A stretch of DNA of 63,086 nucleotides, the filler included, from Hausera hauseri (Eukaryota), in assembly GCA_046269625.1 (NCBI GenBank). It is 13 parts of 13 records of this genome, joined end to end, with 100 filler letters (N's around TTAATTAATTAA, not from the genome) between each part and the next. Parts side by side here need not be neighbours in the genome. Positions count along the whole stretch, not along the records: positions 58,907 to 63,086 come from JBJURY010716770.1; 12 more parts are not named here. One strand, written 5' to 3'. Numbering within the stretch: position 1 is the first letter of the stretch; every line of letters begins with the position of its first letter. The position numbers were made by a program, and so were the translations under genes. This document shows positions 61,217 through 63,086 of this stretch, in pieces. Under the pieces are notes generated by a model. That model worked only from the letters and a program-made list of their open reading frames with translations. It was not told where the DNA came from and did not search any database.

Positions 61217-63086
61217 ATACTTTATAAAATTTGGGGAAGATTTTTAATCTTTGGTCAAGCCGCATCAGGATTTTTAGCGATATATTTTCTGATACAAATG
61301 AATAAGGCAGTCATCCAAGCCGTAATAAACGGATAAGAAATATTTACGCTAACCGGATTTTCATGTAAGATTCTGACTGCAATCATAACGACTTTTGGAA
61401 AACTCTTAAAAGTTTACGAAGAGAGCAGATGGAAATCGGACGTAAAACGTCATGTCGGTTATCATAATCGTAAACGAAGAGGGAGACCGATATTCCTACG
61501 GAAGCGGAAGTCTCCAAAACCGAATATACAAATAAATAATTCAGATGATGACGAGCCTAAGGGAGGAGAAGCATTCTCAGGGATGAATAGACATAAGATG
61601 TACTCGGTCGTTAAAGTACCATTGCCCATGTTACATCATACTGATCCATTCTACGACGATTGCGACAAAAGGTCCATGAGCTCATATCAGACAGAAATTT
61701 ATAAAAGGACAATTAATGTAGAAGATCCTTACGAAGGAACGAAACGATACGGAATTTTACTGAAAATGTGCTACCGTCAATCCGCGGATGATCTAAGATG
61801 ATATACTCGCCAAGAGAACTTAAGAATATTGAGACTAGATCGACAGTTTGGGACAACCCAAGATGAAAAACTTTCCAACATACTGAAATACACACTAACA
61901 ATCGGGAGCCACTAATTAGTATTCATGAAACGGAAAAATTGCACGTAGAAAATAACGAATTATATCCAAACGGAGAGTTATCGGAAAACATAGTATCCGC
62001 CCCAGAAGTAAGAATAAACGGACACAAAATATCGGTGACTAAACTTTCGAAACTAGCATCAAACTGTTTTGGAACTGTGATCGAAGGAAGACCCTTCGCC
62101 AAAATCATCATTGAAGATTGGGAAGTTTATGCGTTAATTGATACGGGTTCCGAGATGTCTTACATCAAAAATGATTCAATACCTCAAACGCTAAGAGGAC
62201 AGTTATATCCGCCGTCTACGAAAGATCCGGGTAGTACAGGAGCTTTTGGCCAAATGTCAAAACCAATCTTTAAATGGAACCCAGAAGTCCAATTAGTTGG
62301 GCAAACATTTCGACATGAATTTACAATCATTGAACAATTAACTGACGATGTCGTTCTGGGATGCGATTTATTAAAAAGGCTACGAAATATAGCGGTCGAC
62401 TTGCAAGCAGGAAAATTAATAGAAATGAGACCCAATAAAGGCGTGAAAAACTCTAAGGATAGAAAATTTGGAGAAATGTGGGTACCAGTAGACGAGAATA
62501 TCCCACCAAGAACGGATATAATAATTTATGCACAAATTCAGCAAGATGACGGTCAGCCAATATATTTCGAACCAAAGGAAACGTTAAATCCAAATATAAC
62601 GCTCAGTAACGTACTTACGAGAGTACACTATGGTCGTGTACCGATCAGAATAGCGAATAATGCACCAGTTCCTATAAAATTCTATGCTTATACGACTCTA
62701 GGAGATACGTATAGAGTATCGTCAATAACCATTGAAGAAAAGCCTTATAAGTATGTCAAATTTCCGCCTCATGTTGAAACTAAATTCTCCCCAGAATCTT
62801 ACTGTCGACTTTACGAATTATTGTGCCGATATAAATCGATTATTGCTAAGGATGAAGAGTATATCGGTAGAGCAAAAGCGTTAAAACTGACTATTCCACT
62901 CAAGAAGAAGCCTGGTTCAAATGAAGAAATAGATCTGGGGGATCAGAAGATGCCGAAATGGTACCCTCCACCACATTCGTTAAGACCTGAGATAACAAAG
63001 GAAGTTGAACGGATGCTTAAGGCCGACATAATCAGGCTTAGTTATAGATTCTGGTACTCACGTATCCTTATGGTTAAAAAGAAAGG
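61217..63086 (+). mobile_element. Second Gypsy element: decayed gag, aspartic protease and start of RT
   Basis: VYALIDTGSEMSYI and DVVLGCDLL (protease), then EITKEVERMLKADII...W.S.ILMVKKK (RT N-terminus), open to the window end. Confidence 0.85.

Overview
This window is not contiguous DNA. It is 13 short contigs (1-5202, 5303-9415, 9516-15656, 15757-20469, 20570-24672, 24773-28832, 28933-33486, 33587-38929, 39030-43929, 44030-48190, 48291-53908, 54009-58806, 58907-63086) joined by an artificial 100-bp linker (N44-TTAATTAATTAA-N44), so adjacency across linkers means nothing. The DNA is from an AT-rich animal genome with very short GT-AG introns (41-47 nt), probably a spiralian invertebrate; the species cannot be determined from sequence alone. 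Content: one protocadherin first exon; three decayed protein-primed DNA polymerase B (Polinton/adintovirus-like) copies; two Gypsy pol regions, one followed by a long extra ORF ending in a cytohesin-like PH domain; an intact RTE non-LTR retrotransposon with a candidate HDV-like ribozyme and a hAT MITE in its 5' UTR; hAT and Tc1-like transposase remnants; a CRESS-virus-like spliced Rep locus with a 67-bp palindrome; and a GA-rich simple-repeat contig. The most striking signal is a multicopy retroelement architecture that recurs in independent contigs: a TGTGGTGCC-terminated GC-rich inverted repeat, then a variable cargo of host-gene fragments (amine GPCR, HDAC3, PIWI, dynein, membrane proteins), then the inverted partner repeat, then a ubiquitin-like domain ending in a diGly motif fused to a Gypsy-type Gag. 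Family assignments come from manual motif recognition, not database searches.
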